From positions 33,790,001 to 33,854,000 of the forward strand of contig CM022671.1 of assembly GCA_012295275.1 (NCBI GenBank): 64,000 nucleotides of DNA. The letters run 5' to 3'. A model generated the notes under the pieces. It was given only the letters and a program-made list of their open reading frames with translations, did not search any database and was not told the DNA's origin. Shown here one piece after another: positions 1 through 15,671 of this stretch. Position 1 is the stretch's first letter. The number at the start of each line of letters is the position of its first letter. Origin of the DNA: Chrysomallon squamiferum (lineage: Eukaryota; Animalia; Mollusca). Position numbers and translations under genes: made by a program.

Positions 1-37
1 AGATACAGTCGAGTTGTTCCATTCCTCTATCAGAACT

Positions 38-79
<42 letters not shown>

Positions 80-604
80 AAATGGATTAATACACTGAAC
101 TTTTTATGAACACGAAAGTATTTACTATGGAAGTTTAAATTTCCAGTATTCTACGACTGAAAATTAATCAAACTATTAAAATTTGAACAAAACACAATTA
201 CTTGTCCATGTTATGTTTCAAAATAATGAATAGATATACACTCAGGGAAGATGTTTTCTTCTGATAATTCTTATATGTATTTACGTACTCATGTACTTGA
301 AACCTCGTTCATGTGAACGAACCCGTTATCAGTTTGTAACGAAAATGATTCAATTTCGTTTTTTCCGTTATATTTAATTTTTTTGCGATGTTTCGTGAAA
401 GGAAATTGACTGAGCAATGTTTTATTACGTTTGTTTTAAGAATTATTGATCAAGAAAAACCTAACTTTTCTAATAAATAAAACTTATGTGTCTGAATCAA
501 GAGAACAGAGAAGAAAAAAAAAAAAGATAGAAAGAAAATCAATGTTTAAATTTATTTATTGTTAAAACCTCAATATTTTGCAGGAAAGATAGATATATAG
601 ATAA

Positions 605-666
<62 letters not shown>

Positions 667-1855
667 ATTAAAAAAAACTAATAATATACTCTTGCGTTTA
701 TATCGGCGCAAACTGCTTTTGAAAATTAGATTAGAAGTTGCTGAAGTGAACAAATCAAATAATGTTTAAATTTTATTTTTAGCTTTTTAAATCCAAACAA
801 ACAAAAATACAATCGTCAGCATAAACGCGATAAAATCAGAGAAATTTAATTTTATCATATATTGATGTCTAGACGAATATTTCATAATTTTATTACACGT
901 GCCGGTACATTTCATATTCAGAATTCGTTCCAGAAATAGACTATTTTATCTGTAATCTGACATCGCTTTGTTTATTGCGGTCGATGTCATCACAGCGAGT
1001 GAAATTAATTACTCTGAAAGGAAATCGATTGGTGTGTCTGAAACATGACGTAATGACGGTCTACAGTGTATTTTTATCTATTTTTAGAATGTTGTCGTCT
1101 GTACAATGTCGAGTTCAAATCTCTTTCTTGGATTTTAATATTTTATTTATTTTAAAATAAATATAAAGAAGAAAACAGAGTTGATAACAAAATAGTTAAT
1201 GAAAATAAATAATTTAATAAAAAGAATAAGAACAAAAAAAACACACCAAATAGAAGTAGAAGAAAAAAAATTAAAAATTAAAAAAAAGACCAACGTAAAA
1301 CACAACAAAAACCAAAACCAGGCAGAAAACATATAAAAGAAGAAAAAATATGGGAGGGATGTAGATAGAGAAAAAGAAAAGAGTATCTCTCTGGGTCAGG
1401 GATTACGATTTTCCTCTGTGTTTGGCTACTTACTTTGTTTAATTAGTGTGTGTCGCTTTCACATGCTGCCAGGTAGAGTATTACTGTGACAGGTATATCC
1501 TGGAAACACGACGCTGGGGATAGGCGTGGCACTGGCATCTTACCCACAGTTCCTGTATCTTTTTGTATGGTACACCAGTCTAGAGCTCTTTTTTTTTTTC
1601 TTTCTTTATTTATTTATAAATATCATCGTCATTATTATTTTTACTGTGTAGATCTAAACAGAAGTTATATATTTAATTGGAAAATCGATTACTAGGTAAA
1701 TGTAATTAAAATAAATTAGTTTCTCTCTTGAAATATTTATTTCTGTGTCTGTATAAATGAACCTTGCATGAAATCTATTTGCTGACATGCAAAGCAAACT
1801 ATTTAATTATATAAAATAATTAATTTCTTCTTCTTCTTCATCATCATCATCATCA

Positions 1856-1892
<37 letters not shown>

Positions 1893-1916
1893 TACTACTA
1901 CTACTATTACTATTAC

Positions 1917-1952
<36 letters not shown>

Positions 1953-2570
1953 CATCATCATCAAGTAGTATTAGTAGTAGCTGTTGTTGCTGTTACTATT
2001 ATTAATATCATCATAAAAATCACTATTACTAGTTTATTATGAACACTTTTACACACATAATATAAATACACATGCATAAAAACGCACGGATAAAAAAGCA
2101 CACAACCTTAAACCTAACACAAATATGTTATTCAAGGTAACAGAGACATGACACTTTTGCGGCTAGTAAAATTATGTCGTTGGACATTTTTAGAATAAAG
2201 TTCAAGTTGTGGTTTTGAAAAAAAGAGAGAAAAAAAAAAAAGGTTATCGGACTCTCCCAGTTTGTCATCTAAAGTTTCCTCACTATTTCCAGCCTTCTTC
2301 TTAATAATGTTTACTTCTTTTGACAAAAATGTGGAAATGACGAAGTGTGCCCGCTTCAAGAAGCCTTGCTAACGCCACTGGACGACCCGATAACGATTTA
2401 GAAAGTAAATCATTAAAACACACACAAACACAGAAGTTGAAATTTTTTTACTTTTTACTTTTTGCTTCGTTTACAAAGAAAAAAAGAAAAGACACCTTTG
2501 TAGCTCAAGATTGGAAAAGATGAGAGAGTGCATAAGAAGTTAGGTATACTACATAATGACAAACACGGGG

Positions 2571-2668
<98 letters not shown>

Positions 2669-3174
2669 TATGCATAAGGCTGAAAATTAGTAAATACATG
2701 CATTTAGAAGAGTATTTGTGTGTGTATTGGTTTATGTGTGTATGAGAGAGAGGGTATGTGTATGTGTATGTGCGTGCGTGCGTGCGTGCATGTGAAAAAT
2801 ACATGTATCAAAAGTTCAGTGGGAAACAGTATTCTTTCGTTTTCCAAGTATATGCAGTCAACCGTGATTTGATTTTTGTTTTCTTTTTCTGCCTCTAATT
2901 TGTTTAAAAACTGTAAATAATTATCGTTTGTTTCTTTACTTCTTTCAGGTGAACAAAAACTTTTGCCAAAGTCCACTTTCACTTACAAAGTAGTGGGAAG
3001 AAAAAAAAAAGAAACCATGCCACGAGTTTGAATCGAAGTGTTCCACCTGTCAATCAAACTACGTCAGAGAGGGACACTGGCTCAGAACGTCAACAAGCAG
3101 ACGATGCAAACCAGTTGAATTCAGACGATGTGAAATGTAATGAGAGGGAGATAAATAATAATTAAAAAAAAAAA

Positions 3175-3436
3175 ATGTATCTCAATACGTCAAGATATTC
3201 ATTCATTGTGCTGCTGTTTACACTGATTTACCAAACTGGATATTGTGAAGGATTACAACCTGTTCTGTCAGAAAACGGTCAAGTGAAAATGATTTGTCTC
3301 TTGGACATACACAAGTCGTATTCGAGCGCTGACAAAAAGTGCAGCGACTTTCAACCGAAGACCATGTTTGTGGCGTTAACAGCTTTGTGGAAGTGGAATT
3401 CAGTTTCAAATGTTTCGGGGACGTATGAAAAAATAG
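3175..3436 (+). CDS. Triple-VFT class C GPCR, coding exon 1 (signal peptide and start of VFT1)
   Basis: ATG at 3175. Hydrophobic signal-like segment SFIVLLFTLIYQTGYC, then GQVKMICLLDIH..KKC..ALTALWKWN, resembling the mGluR GDIILGGLFPVH..C..EAMLFAIDEIN region. Donor G|GTAATA at 3437, phase 1. Confidence 0.75.
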
Positions 3437-3784
3437 GTAATAATTTGAAATTATATTTGTTCTTTCTGTCCATTTCACTTTTTCTCTCTTTCTTTTTCTC
3501 TAGTACTAGTCGCAGTAGTAAAAAATAATTGACGAATGAAAAAATAAAAATGAAAGTTTATTTAAATATAAGATTCGTACAACAATAACGAAAGCAGTGT
3601 ACAAAGTATTCATAATTTTGTATTTTATTGTAAAGCTGTTTTTTAATTTTAATATATTTTTTTTTTTATTCAATTTAGTTTAGTTTATTACTTTTACTTT
3701 TTTATTTATTTATTTATTTCCACCCCCACCCCCCGCTTGCTCAGTGTAAATGCTCCACACCCAGGTCGGTAATCTACAAAAATA

Positions 3785-3815
<31 letters not shown>

Positions 3816-4123
3816 TTGTTTTCATAATCATTATTATTTTTCCTGCTGTCAAATTTCTGTTATTATTGTTGTTGTTGTTACTGTTGCTGTTGCTGTTATT
3901 TTGTTATTAACTACTGTTAATTAACTACATTGTAATTATTACACTTTTATCGTTAATATAGCTGCTGAAATTTTATCACTATAATTATTTAAAATATCAA
4001 AAAAAAAAATATAAAATTATTAAGCCTGTTTAATACTTTAATGTTTGCACATGTATTTTTCTGCATTCTTTCTGCATATTTGCGTGCACCCATTAGCAGT
4101 TTTACTTCTTTGCTTGAATGAAT

Positions 4124-4158
<35 letters not shown>

Positions 4159-4490
4159 TGTATTATATTTGAGTGTATATATTATTTTGTTACGTCTGAG
4201 TTTACATGTGCGTGTTTTCGTGTTAGATTACGTTCACTATCGTCAGTTTTAAAATAATAATAATAATAACAATTTTATATATTCATTTTGAAAATGTATT
4301 TTTATAAGATATGCAAATCATTTTAGCACATGGAAGGTCTGTTTCTAACTAAAATAAAAATTCGAAAAATGTTTAGGAGAATAATAATAACGATCAAAAG
4401 TAAGATTCAGAAAAAAAAAAAAAAAAATGTCGTCTTCACTTCATTACACTAAACTCTTATAGAGGAGCATTCTCACCATACGACTTACCG

Positions 4491-4595
<105 letters not shown>

Positions 4596-5920
4596 GCAAC
4601 TTATAAAGACTTGATATAATATCGTCGTTTTGAACAAATCCCATAAAGGTTTATTAAACATAACAAACTGTCCAAAATAAAAAAAAGGAAATAACTTCGA
4701 ACTGTTTAAATTTGATTAATCTCTTCACGTCATATGTCATGAATCGTTACTAAAAGTCGTATAGTAAGAACGCTGCTTTACTCTAACACGTGACACCTAG
4801 TTGACGATCTCACATCACATTAATTTTTTTTTTCTTTTTTTTTTTTTTTTTTTTTTTTTTTCTTCTACTTTTGGTTTGGTGTTTGTAGCTTTTCATTTCA
4901 CTATAGACATGCCAAAAATCAATTATCGCCTTATGGAAACTATTCTGAAAACTGAAAACAGAAAGAGAAAAAAAAAAAAAATTCCTTAAAGATATGACTG
5001 GCATGGACGCGAAAAATCTGCCTCTGTTTAGCAAAGATTTTACATCGGGTTGCCGAATGACAATCTCATTTAAATTTGGCTTAAGATAAAGGGTAGTGTA
5101 AGTTTGTTGACCAGGACTAAGCTAACACAAACACTGACCCATGCTGTTCTGAAACGTGTCTCTGCCAATAACACACAGACAGTGACTGACAGTGTTGTGA
5201 TAGAACAACATAACTCTGTATTATCTATATTGACAAACATCACTAATAGAATACACTCGTGCTTGCCGTCATATTAACACCTCTCATTTTTTTCTTAATA
5301 TTATCTTTTAAAGCGTTTTTTTTTTTTTTTTTAATCTTTTGTTTATACTGTATTGGCTTAGTCCTATGTGTAGAGTTTTGTTAATCAGTATGTATATTAA
5401 ATATTTTTTTTTCTTTAAAAATATCATTTGTATATATGTATATTTCAGTGTGTGTATGTATGCATGCATGTCTATGTGTATGTATGTTTGTATGTATGTT
5501 GTATGTATGTATGTATGTATGCATGTACGTACGTTTTTGTGTATGTTTGTATGAATGTCTGTGTATGTATGCATGCATGTCTATGTGTATGTTTGTTTGT
5601 ATGTATGTTGTATGTATGTATGTATGTATGTATGCATGTACGTACATTTTTGTGTATGTTTGTATGAATGTCTGTGTATGTATGAATGCATACATCATTA
5701 TATGCGCGTAAGTGTTTATGTATGTGTCTATATTTAAGTATATATGCATGAATGGATGGGTGAATGCATGAATATACATGGGTATGTCTGTATTTCTGTG
5801 TTATGTGTGTGTATCTGTGTATGTGTGTGTGTGTATATATATATATATGTGAATGTACATTTATATGTATTGTTTAACGTGTTGCGTAAATACATTAAAT
5901 AGAGCACAAAAAAAAAAAAA

Positions 5921-6009
<89 letters not shown>

Positions 6010-6643
6010 TGAGATAGTTATTAAACTAAAGACTAAAGTCAACAGAATACTGGCCACTGTAAAAACTATTTCCGCGCTTCTCTTTTCTGTCCCCATCATG
6101 TCCAAATACTAATCTCTGGTTTTGGATTACCTGATAATTTTCTGGCATCAAATCCTAAAACGTCAGAGAAAGAAAACAGCTTTACAGAACAGAGAAATGT
6201 GTTGTTATATAAATAGTCCGGAAAAGATGAATTACGTAAATCTCAAGTGATTTTAATATAACAGAGATATTGCTTTTTAATAAATATCAGATGAGAGTGA
6301 AGAAGAATTTTTGACTTCCTGTAATCACTGACATTACCTGTTAAATGTTGTTTTTGTTTGTTGTTTTTTTGTTTGGTTTGTTCTTTTGTTTATATGTTTG
6401 TTTGTTTAGTTAATTTGTTTTTGATTATTGTTGTTGTTGTTTGTGTTATTAATATAAAAATTATACTCGAAATTTGCTGTTAGATTGGAGAAAATAATAA
6501 CAATAATAATATTAATAACAACAACAACAACAATGACGATGATGATGATAATGATGATAATTATTATTATAATAATAATATGAGATCAGATTACATAATA
6601 TATATATATATATATTTTACTTTTTATTATTATTATTATGCAG

Positions 6644-6739
6644 GTTTGACAGTTTATGATACGTGTGGATCTGAAAGACGTGCTGTACAAATTCTGAGTA
6701 GTTATTTGTCAGATACCTCACAGACAAAATCTATTGCAG
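6644..6739 (+). CDS. Triple-VFT class C GPCR, coding exon 2 (VFT1)
   Basis: Acceptor tgcag|, donor G|GTAAGA, 96 nt, phase 1 to 1. Joins exon 1 to give KIGLTVYDTC, matching the class C motif LGxxIxDTC. Ends KSIAG. Confidence 0.8.
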
Positions 6740-7122
6740 GTAAGAATTTATTTGAATTCTTCACTTATTTTACTTCTGCAGATTTTTCGCGTCCATTCAT
6801 ATCTTTTACGAATTATTTTTTTTTCTTTCTGTTTTCAGTTTTAGAAAGTTTCCAAATGAGATAAGAGAGATGAGTGAAATGTAAAGCTACAAACACCAAA
6901 CCAAAAGGAAGAAAAAAAAAAATAAAAAATAAAAATAATATAAAAATTAATGTGATGTGAGAGTCAAGAGGTGAGAGAGTAAAGAGAGAGTAGAGACTTT
7001 TAGTAACGATTCAGAGAGAGAGATCAAGAGATTAATAAAATTTAAACAGAAGATTTCCTTTTTTATTTTGGACATTTTGTTATGTTTAATAAACCTTTAT
7101 GGGATTTGTTCAAAAGAGAGAT

Positions 7123-7239
<117 letters not shown>

Positions 7240-8491
7240 AACAAAGAAAATTATTGTATTCGTTCCTGTTTATTACTGAAAGATTTAGGGAAAGAGAATG
7301 AATAATCACCTATAAATATATACTAAATATACAATATTTTGATTAAACTTTAATAACAAAAACTACATCGTTATTAAAGAGTGCGGTTGCACCAAATTTT
7401 AATTTCTGTCTGCCAAAAGGAATGACATTTTTTTCTTTGATGATTAAAGTTTCTACTCCATGTTTCTTTGCACAGTTAGAAAAACACACTGATTACAAAA
7501 GCCTGATTTAAACGAAATGTAAAACGATTTAGACCGACTGTCTCGCTATAAACTACGTCAGATGTTTACAAATAAAGTTTATACTGTCGTTTTAAATTTA
7601 ATAAATAAGCCACGTGTCTGGACGAATATGGCTTTATCACTTGGCAGATTTGATAAACAAAAATTCGATATTAAAATAAAGTCGATTTACGACAGTTTAA
7701 GCTGACGTATTATACTAATTATTTTGTTTCTATCCTCTTTGCGGATGTTATACGGTGGCTTTTGATTACTTTTCTTGTGGCATATTGCTAGGGACATTTT
7801 TTAAGTCGGTCCAGACATGTAAATAAGCTAGAGACGTTTAATACAGAGTTTATTTTTTTCTCGTGGAGTGTGTTTTGTGTTATTATAAATGGTTTGTGAT
7901 TGCACAGTCTGTGTTTAATCTGGTTATGTAATGACTAAATTAGGTGTTTATGTAATTTTATTGTCGAAATTTACCTAACTGACTAACATCCTTTGTTAAC
8001 TAGTATTTGTTTATAGTTCAGATTATTTTCGTCTGTGAATTTAATAACACATTTCAGTTTATTATCCATTCATGTATTTATTATTAATTCGCTTAATGAC
8101 AGATCAAGAGCATTTTTGAACGGTGTCAATCACAGTTTAGCTTGATGTCTGAAGGTTTAGTTGTTGTATTAAAGAAATTATCGCCTTAATTCTGTTAATT
8201 GTGACAGTTTTCTTCGGAGATGGGGAGCTGGTGTTTTGTGCTTTGTGACAAATGTGCATCTTCGGTTAAATATTATTTAGCTTGTGTCATAAACAAACAT
8301 AGTTAACAAGAATTTGGTCTATGGCTAGGAGGTTCAGCAATTTTTCGCGTGAACGTCAAACCAGATAAATTAAATTTAAGTTTGCACTGAACAACAGATT
8401 TCATACAAATTATATTATATTTTTAGAGTGTAGAAAATTGAATTTTAAGTTTCCATATATTTAAATGTGTATGTGACAGACAGACAGTCTT

Positions 8492-8654
<163 letters not shown>

Positions 8655-9504
8655 AACTGTAAAACTAGTAAATATATATTATTTTTCACGTTTTTTACTA
8701 AAGTGATAAACATGAATCAGACATTTGTCTTTGGAGATTTATGGTTTCGAGATTTATATTTCAAACTCCTGTATTATATATACATATACATATATATTTA
8801 TATATTATACATTTCTGCCAGACATGACTTAAAATGCTTGTTCCATTCATTTCGATCATAATTATTAATAATTACTGTATCGTGTGTCGAGATGAATCGA
8901 GATGAAATAATTTGAGGTTCCCACGATGAGTGTTTTTATCTCAGTCAGATCTGTGTGTCTGACCCCTGGTTGTGTAGACAGGTTTACACACAACATCAGG
9001 TAATAACTAACATTAGACATCAACGTTACAGAGTTATACAGTAGCTGAATATAGTGTAATAAGTAAAGAAGTACGTGAGTAAAATTCGTCGTGAAAAAGG
9101 AGACAGGTTTTTTCTAAAAGCAGTCTTTAATGATACGTGTCAGTATCTTTGTGACTCTCTGCTCGTGGATTTTGTTGCTTCTTTTTTTGTTTGTTTGTTT
9201 GTTCTGTGAATAAATCATTGTAAAGATGACTTATGTGACAGCTTATCAGTATACATTTCTTTTTTGACGAACAAACGCACACGCATACGCACATCCACAC
9301 TAACACAAACACAAACACATTCCCAGAGGCTGACACACATTCACATACAATTTTTAAATTGTTTTAAAGAAAGAAAAATGTAAAATGCATTTTTTTCTAT
9401 CTTGTTATAAACTGTCATCTGCATGAATTAGCAAGGATACATAATATAAATAAATTAAATTAAATTAAATTAAATTAAATTAAATTAAATTAAATTAAAT
9501 TAAA

Positions 9505-9536
<32 letters not shown>

Positions 9537-10370
9537 ATTGATAAATAAAATAAAATAAAATAAAATATGTAAGAAAGAGAGAGAGAAAAAAGTAATTCTA
9601 CAAAAAACTGAGTTGAGTGTAATGTATTTAACGACGACAAAACACCACCCACAGGCTCTCCCAACCCCGGATCCTCGTGTAACCACATTTTTTCTTTGAA
9701 AAATAAAATTTTCTGACTTTGCCTCGAGTGAAACAAATAGTTATATAAAAATAATAATAATAATAATAATTATAATAACAATAATAATAATTTAGAAAAA
9801 AAAAAAAGATAATAAAAATAATAATAATTTAAAAAAAAAAAAGATAATAACAATAATAATAATTTAGAAAACAAAATTAATAACAATAATAATTAAAAAA
9901 AAAAAAAAAAAAGTAAAAATAAAAATAAAAATAAATAAATAAAATCATTACATGTTCATCCAATGCTTTCTCTTCGAAAACAAAAGCTGTGTACTTGTCT
10001 AATATGTTTCTTTCCAATACGGCAAAAAGTCCATGTAAAGTTCATTAGCTGTATGTATTTATTTTTCAAGTTCGTGGTTTGTGGCAATAAAATTCAAATG
10101 AGCTGCCGATTTGCTATTTGCAGAGAAAGAAACATTGAAACGTGCATTACAAAGACCCTCGTGGGTCATTTCAACATAAAGTATTTGTTCGGAAACTTAA
10201 GCTTGCAAAAGGGTTACGGTCAAGTTTGTTCTTTTCAACATTTCGTTAATGTTTGGTTATTTTCTATGGATTATCCTTTGATGTCCGTATAGTTTTGTAA
10301 ATGTTGTTGTCTGTGTTGTTATCGTTGTCGAGGGTATGATTGTTGTTGTTATCGTTGTCGCTGTTGTCGC

Positions 10371-10419
<49 letters not shown>

Positions 10420-10891
10420 AATACGCATTCAGCGTATTTGTATCTGTGAGTATATCGTATAAATATTCACGTAACTATTGTCAGTGTAACGATTTTTAAT
10501 GTACATACATTGTTGATGTACTATTAGCTTGAATAGATCTTGCATATGCACCTTACCACAAACACGAAAACAAATGCTGTCACTGTCAAGGTACTGGCTG
10601 ATATGAAAGTAGTCTAATGGATCCTCCTAACAGGACTGATACTGTGACAGCTAATCTGCAACTTGGCTAAATATCAAAACTTGTCTTTGTAGTAGTAGTA
10701 GTAGTAGTAGTAGTACTAATCAGCATTATTGTCATTGGTGTTATTGTTGGTGGTTTCGTTGTAAATGTATGTTAATTTTTTCACCTTATCAAACGGCTTT
10801 TTGAAATTAATATTAGTCAAATAATTATTGTTACTACAGCAGATATTGGCAAATTAATGTCAAATTAGGAACTCATTTTTCATTTTGACAA

Positions 10892-11009
<118 letters not shown>

Positions 11010-12084
11010 AAATAAATAAATCTTAGTTATTTATACACGCCATGTTTTTCTTCGCCTGCCATAAAGATTCTTTAAAAAACACTCATATTTGCATAAAGAG
11101 CAAAGCAAGCCAAAATCCAGACCACGTGTGGCTATGACGTTTGCACCACTTGACACGGGTAAGCTAACTCAAACAAACAAACCATAACTTAATTTTTGTA
11201 TCCGCTCCAAATTTTGCGTTTTCTCTTCAATAAACCCCGCGTTCGTTAAAAAAACCAAAACAAAAAAAAAACCACGAACGTTGCATAATAAGCTTAAAAC
11301 ATGTACCTGAACTTATCTGCCCCAACCTGACGTATTTGCGGCATTTTCTTCTTAATAAACGGATCACCAAAACGTCTGAAAGGAGACTTTAACTTTTTAA
11401 GCCTCTAAAAACACGAATATTAAGTTTAGTCGCTCGTGGCGCTGTGTGTAAGCGGAAACGGGCGTCAGCCGTGGAAAACGACGACATAGGTAAAGTCTGC
11501 ACGATGAAGAGATGCAATGAAAAAGCTCGTAAGTCAAATATTCCACGTTTGTAAATTTTCTTCGCGGATTTAGCGGATGATCTCAACGGCAAATACTGAC
11601 GACAGTACTGCAAAGCAGATTGCTTTGCTGACTCGTTACGAACAAACAGCAGTCCAGTGTTTGATCTTATTAGATTAGAAAAGTGAACATTTTACGTAAC
11701 AACATCTGAATATAATTTTATTATCAAGGTTTTTTTTTAATGTTGAATGATGATATGAGACAAGAGCACTGGCTTCTTATCATCATATGTTCACCCAGAA
11801 TCACACGCTGTTGTTTACATACGCCTTTCCTGAGTCATGACATAAACCATGTGAAGAAATTAGCGTCAATGGAAATACCCAGAGGACGCTCCGATGAATG
11901 GATCCGTCATGAATTTAAAGAATAAAACGTAATTCATTTCTCCTAATTCCCTAGTGACATTCTCTAAAAGCTCTGGCTATGTCTAATGTGGTTGAACACG
12001 GTGGTAAACAACAACAGTAAAAAGTAAATAAATAAATAAAAGTAAGAACGAAATAAAAATAAAGAAAAATAAGGACATTTTAAA

Positions 12085-12120
<36 letters not shown>

Positions 12121-13983
12121 TTCTCAAACGTAATATTTGATTTCATGTTTTCTGGAGAAGATATACGTATTAATATCAACTATCATGGGATTCTTGAAAA
12201 ATGCCATACAAACAAGGTCGAGAATCATATATTAAAGAGCAATTTCAAAAATATGTAAATTAACTAGTATTTTAAACCTAAATTCTTGAAGAAGAACTGT
12301 ATTATTTACGATGGTATTAAATTATTCGTAAAACTGATTTTATCCGAATTGTTATTTCAACTCTGAGGTTTGTTCACGCAGAATTAAGCTAATTTTTGCA
12401 TGATCATCGCACTCTGTCTGTAAACATATTCAATAACGAACTCACGCGGTATCCGAAATGTTGTGATATCGTAATAAAGTTTAAATCTTCCTCAGAAATG
12501 ATTAACTGAACACAACGTGATTACCATAACGCCATTATTGACTGCTAGACAGATAATTAGAATCTGGCAAGGCTTCATTTGGAATCAGAAGGTCTCACAA
12601 CACTAATTCTTTTCAGAAGCGAACTGTATTAGATTTCGCATGATTTAATCCGTTGAACAGAAATTTGACGGCTTTTCGAAGCATCTTAATATTAATAGTT
12701 AAATACATAAATCACGTCTGCTTAATTAAACGCAAATGAAAATATTATGTTGATATCAAACCGCAGTGTACCATTCTTAGCGTTTAGTTGAAAAAGCACT
12801 GGTTGGAACGGTATATAAACCTGAGCTCTCTTTGTAATACGTCGAGTGAACGATTTTCCTTTTTCCTCAGATTCTGACCTCGCCTCTTTCAATAAAATAA
12901 AATAAAATAAAATAAATAATTGCTAATACAAATAGAAGACTAAAGCCAATGTTTATTTTTAGTTTTAGAAAAATTAGTCTAAAATTTTTATTTTAAATTA
13001 GAAGCTTTCAGAAGAAAACAGCTGCAGCTGGAATTTCAAAGACTTTTATTTTCTTATTTTTTGTTTCTTTTTTTTTATCTCTTCTGTTTATAATCAACAT
13101 ATATACATACAAATATATTATAATTTTTTAAATTTATTATATGTTTATTCTGTTTTTTTATTTATTTATTTATTTTTTTTTTTTCATATGCAGGTATTAC
13201 GTTATGCATAATTTTTATTTTCTTCTTTTCTTTCCTTATGGTAACGTGCAATTGATGATTGTGTTTTACAAACAAGAAATGATTCTTATTTTAAAAAGAA
13301 AAATAGAATCGAAAATCTATTTACGACTTAATAAATCCTTAGATCTTTCACCCTGAAATTAAACAGATATTTCGAAAATCACAAAGAAAGCAAAGTCGCC
13401 TTAATCATTACTGTATATACAAAACGTGGTAAAGAACTAAAAGAAAACATCTCTTTGATGGGGAAATTACAAAAGAGTTTCTTTTGTTCTTGTAAATAGC
13501 ATCCACCATTGTTCCGCTTCCTCATCTACCCTTGACCTTGTGAACGGTATCGTTTGTTTTCGGAGATATACGGAAATACGCCGAAGCTGCGAAAACGTTG
13601 ACACCACGGGGACAACGTCTCGGTGTTTGAACTGACACCAAACTGCGGCGAAGTCGTCCCTAAATCTCAGCCTCCACCCAGAAGAGTTTGACAACAAAAC
13701 AAGCACACACGAAGGGTTAACAATGGACGTTGTTTGCGAAGAGTCCGGATCATCGTAGATCTTAATCGGATGACCGTGGTTAGTTAGCGGAGAAATGCGA
13801 AGATTTTCGTAGATAACATTGATAGCAGTTTCAGTGTTTGTTCTTCGCCATTTGCTTGAAGGTCTGACCCCGATTCCCGTGTGGACATTTCACAAAAGTG
13901 ACATTTTTCTAGTAAAGAAGATGGTCAGTGATTTTTGTTCAAGAACCACCGCTGTATTTAGCATTAGATGAGATCTTGCATTA

Positions 13984-14029
<46 letters not shown>

Positions 14030-15418
14030 TATATATATATATGTACTTCTTTTGGTTGTTTGCATTTATTTTCTTTTTTCAGTTCTTTATGGTAAATTTT
14101 TCAATATTCACTCAGCTGAGATGATAATGAAACAATAATAATAATAATAATAATAATAATTATTATTATTATTATTATTATCATTATTATTATCATCATC
14201 ATAACAAAAACAACATCCCCTCGAACTATAAAAGAGAAAAAAAGAAAAGAAAAGAAAAAAATGCAATAAATAAATAAATAAATAAATCGATAAAATAAAA
14301 AAAATAATAATAACAAATGAGCAGACACAAAATAACACGTCTCTGAAAGAAAACTATTTCAGGAGTTTCTCTTACAACGCAGAAGCGCTCAGACTGTTGA
14401 GCCATCGTGATTTACAGTGTTTGATGAATTAGCCCTAACTTTGACTCTTTCAGTTCCTCTTTCCACGTGGAAATGTGTCTGAAAGGAATTCAAAGTTGTG
14501 CATCTTAGAGAACACTGTCAACAGGTACAGCTAGGAAAAGAGGAAACTGCAGTCTGATAAATCGATGAAAAATGAAGACGGTGATGACATATCTCCCCAT
14601 ATGGGAACAAACATTCAATAATTTCTCGTGGTCGCAGTTTGTTCCTTATACAAAAAATATATGGGAATTTTTGTAAAAAAAATTCTGAGTCTTTCCTATA
14701 ATAAACAGAAATATCAAATATGTCTGCTTGTGCAGATTCTCCGTGTTTAAGTTATAAAGGACTCAGCGACTGTTTACCTTATACGTTGGAATTGTTATGC
14801 TATTGAGATTGGTTGAGTGTGTGTATCTTTGGGGTGTATATGTATGTGTGTGTACGTATCTATGTATGTATGTATGTTTGCACGTGTGTCGATATGTGCA
14901 TTTATTATGTTTGTATGTGTGTGTATGCATAGGGTATTGAATAAGAAATATAATTTGCTGATGTGACGTGTTTGAATTTCTAGTCTGCTGTCTGACAAAT
15001 TAGCTTCTGTTTTGTTTAATATAGTGGTAATTGTTCTATAAAGATAAATTTAAATACATGGCTATTTCTATGTATTGGTTAAATTAAATTATGAATTATG
15101 TATATATTTATTTATTTATTTATTTATTTATTTATTATTTATTTGAATTGTGAAATTGAAATTAAAAGATCAGAGAAATATTTAAAATATGGTCATTGGA
15201 GAGAAAGCTCAATTGATTACATGCCTATCTTGTTTATATAAAATATAAATTTATTTTATTCAGACTATTGCAGTCTCTTTTCTGAAACAGTGATCATCAT
15301 CATCATAATCGTCATCATCATCATACTCATTATTATTATATACTTTGTACTAAATATGAGTGTATTATAAAATTGTAATAAAACAACGTACTTATTTTCT
15401 TTACATTGACTTTTTCAG

Positions 15419-15585
15419 GTGTAATAACGTACACTTCGCCGGAAGTGACGTCTGTAGTTTACAACATGTTACGTCATATGGATATAATACACATGCAAAT
15501 CAGGAACGATAATTCACCAGCTTGCCAGTGGTCGAAGACTGAGAGCTGTCTTTCCTTCCCTCTCCACACCGATTACAGAGCCGAG
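15419..15585 (+). CDS. Triple-VFT class C GPCR, coding exon 3 (VFT1)
   Basis: Acceptor tttttcag|, donor GAG|GTACA, phase 1 to 0. IAGVITYTSPEVTSVVYNMLRHMDI resembles mGluR [25 protein letters not shown]. Confidence 0.8.
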
Positions 15586-15606
15586 GTACATTACAATTAC
15601 TAATCT

Positions 15607-15671
<65 letters not shown>

